From the IMG/VR virus record IMGVR_UViG_3300044692_000034, positions 77,738 to 141,737 of that record: a stretch of 64,000 nt of DNA, one strand, 5' to 3'. Positions within the stretch are counted from its first letter, which is position 1, and each line of letters opens with the position of its first letter. The notes under the pieces were generated by a model. That model was not told the DNA's origin, made no database searches, and saw only the letters and a list, made by a program, of their open reading frames with translations. This stretch comes from a virus. Positions 63,919-64,000 of this stretch are shown here, in pieces. The position numbers and the translations under genes were made by a program.

Positions 63919-64000
63919 CCGCCGAAACGACGGTGTTACACGCATCAGGGTCGATAAGTCGCATCGCACCACGATGGCGCCGCGCGCGCCAAGAGCAACG

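Overview
The window is most of the genome of a high-GC tailed dsDNA phage (siphovirus-type, HK97-like head), probably of an actinobacterial host. The Ig-like 'APANTVAPAITG' modules hint at Thermoleophilia/Solirubrobacterales (inference). Almost all genes are on the minus strand. From right to left: an FtsK/SpoIIIE (TraB-like) ATPase; a strand-skewed non-coding tract; a cluster of small genes; the head and tail module (portal, prohead protease, major capsid, neck genes, tail tube, tail chaperone with a -1 frameshift, tape measure with M23 and lysozyme-like domains, minor tail); the lysis cassette; a tail spike; tRNA-Met; secreted moron-like genes; a roughly 800 bp structured control region; and early genes (Bet/RecT, PD-(D/E)XK exonuclease, YhaM, SLOG, HNH, two paralogous DNA methyltransferases, primase Zn-finger, replication protein, NrdJ, RusA-like, HD nucleotidase, vWA, Ku, DUF1643). 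No terminase, integrase, DNA polymerase or helicase is recognisable in the window. The most notable observation is that several small genes at 56.6-60.8 kb appear to be built from short pieces resembling head-assembly proteins (capsid delta domain, capsid N-arm, portal motifs, protease motif, and a C-terminal EPWRL tag shared with the protease). This is a candidate decoy/mimic or capsid-targeting system. Also present are several candidate structured RNAs and a D-armless tRNA-Cys-like element. All family assignments come from motif recognition by eye, not database searches.
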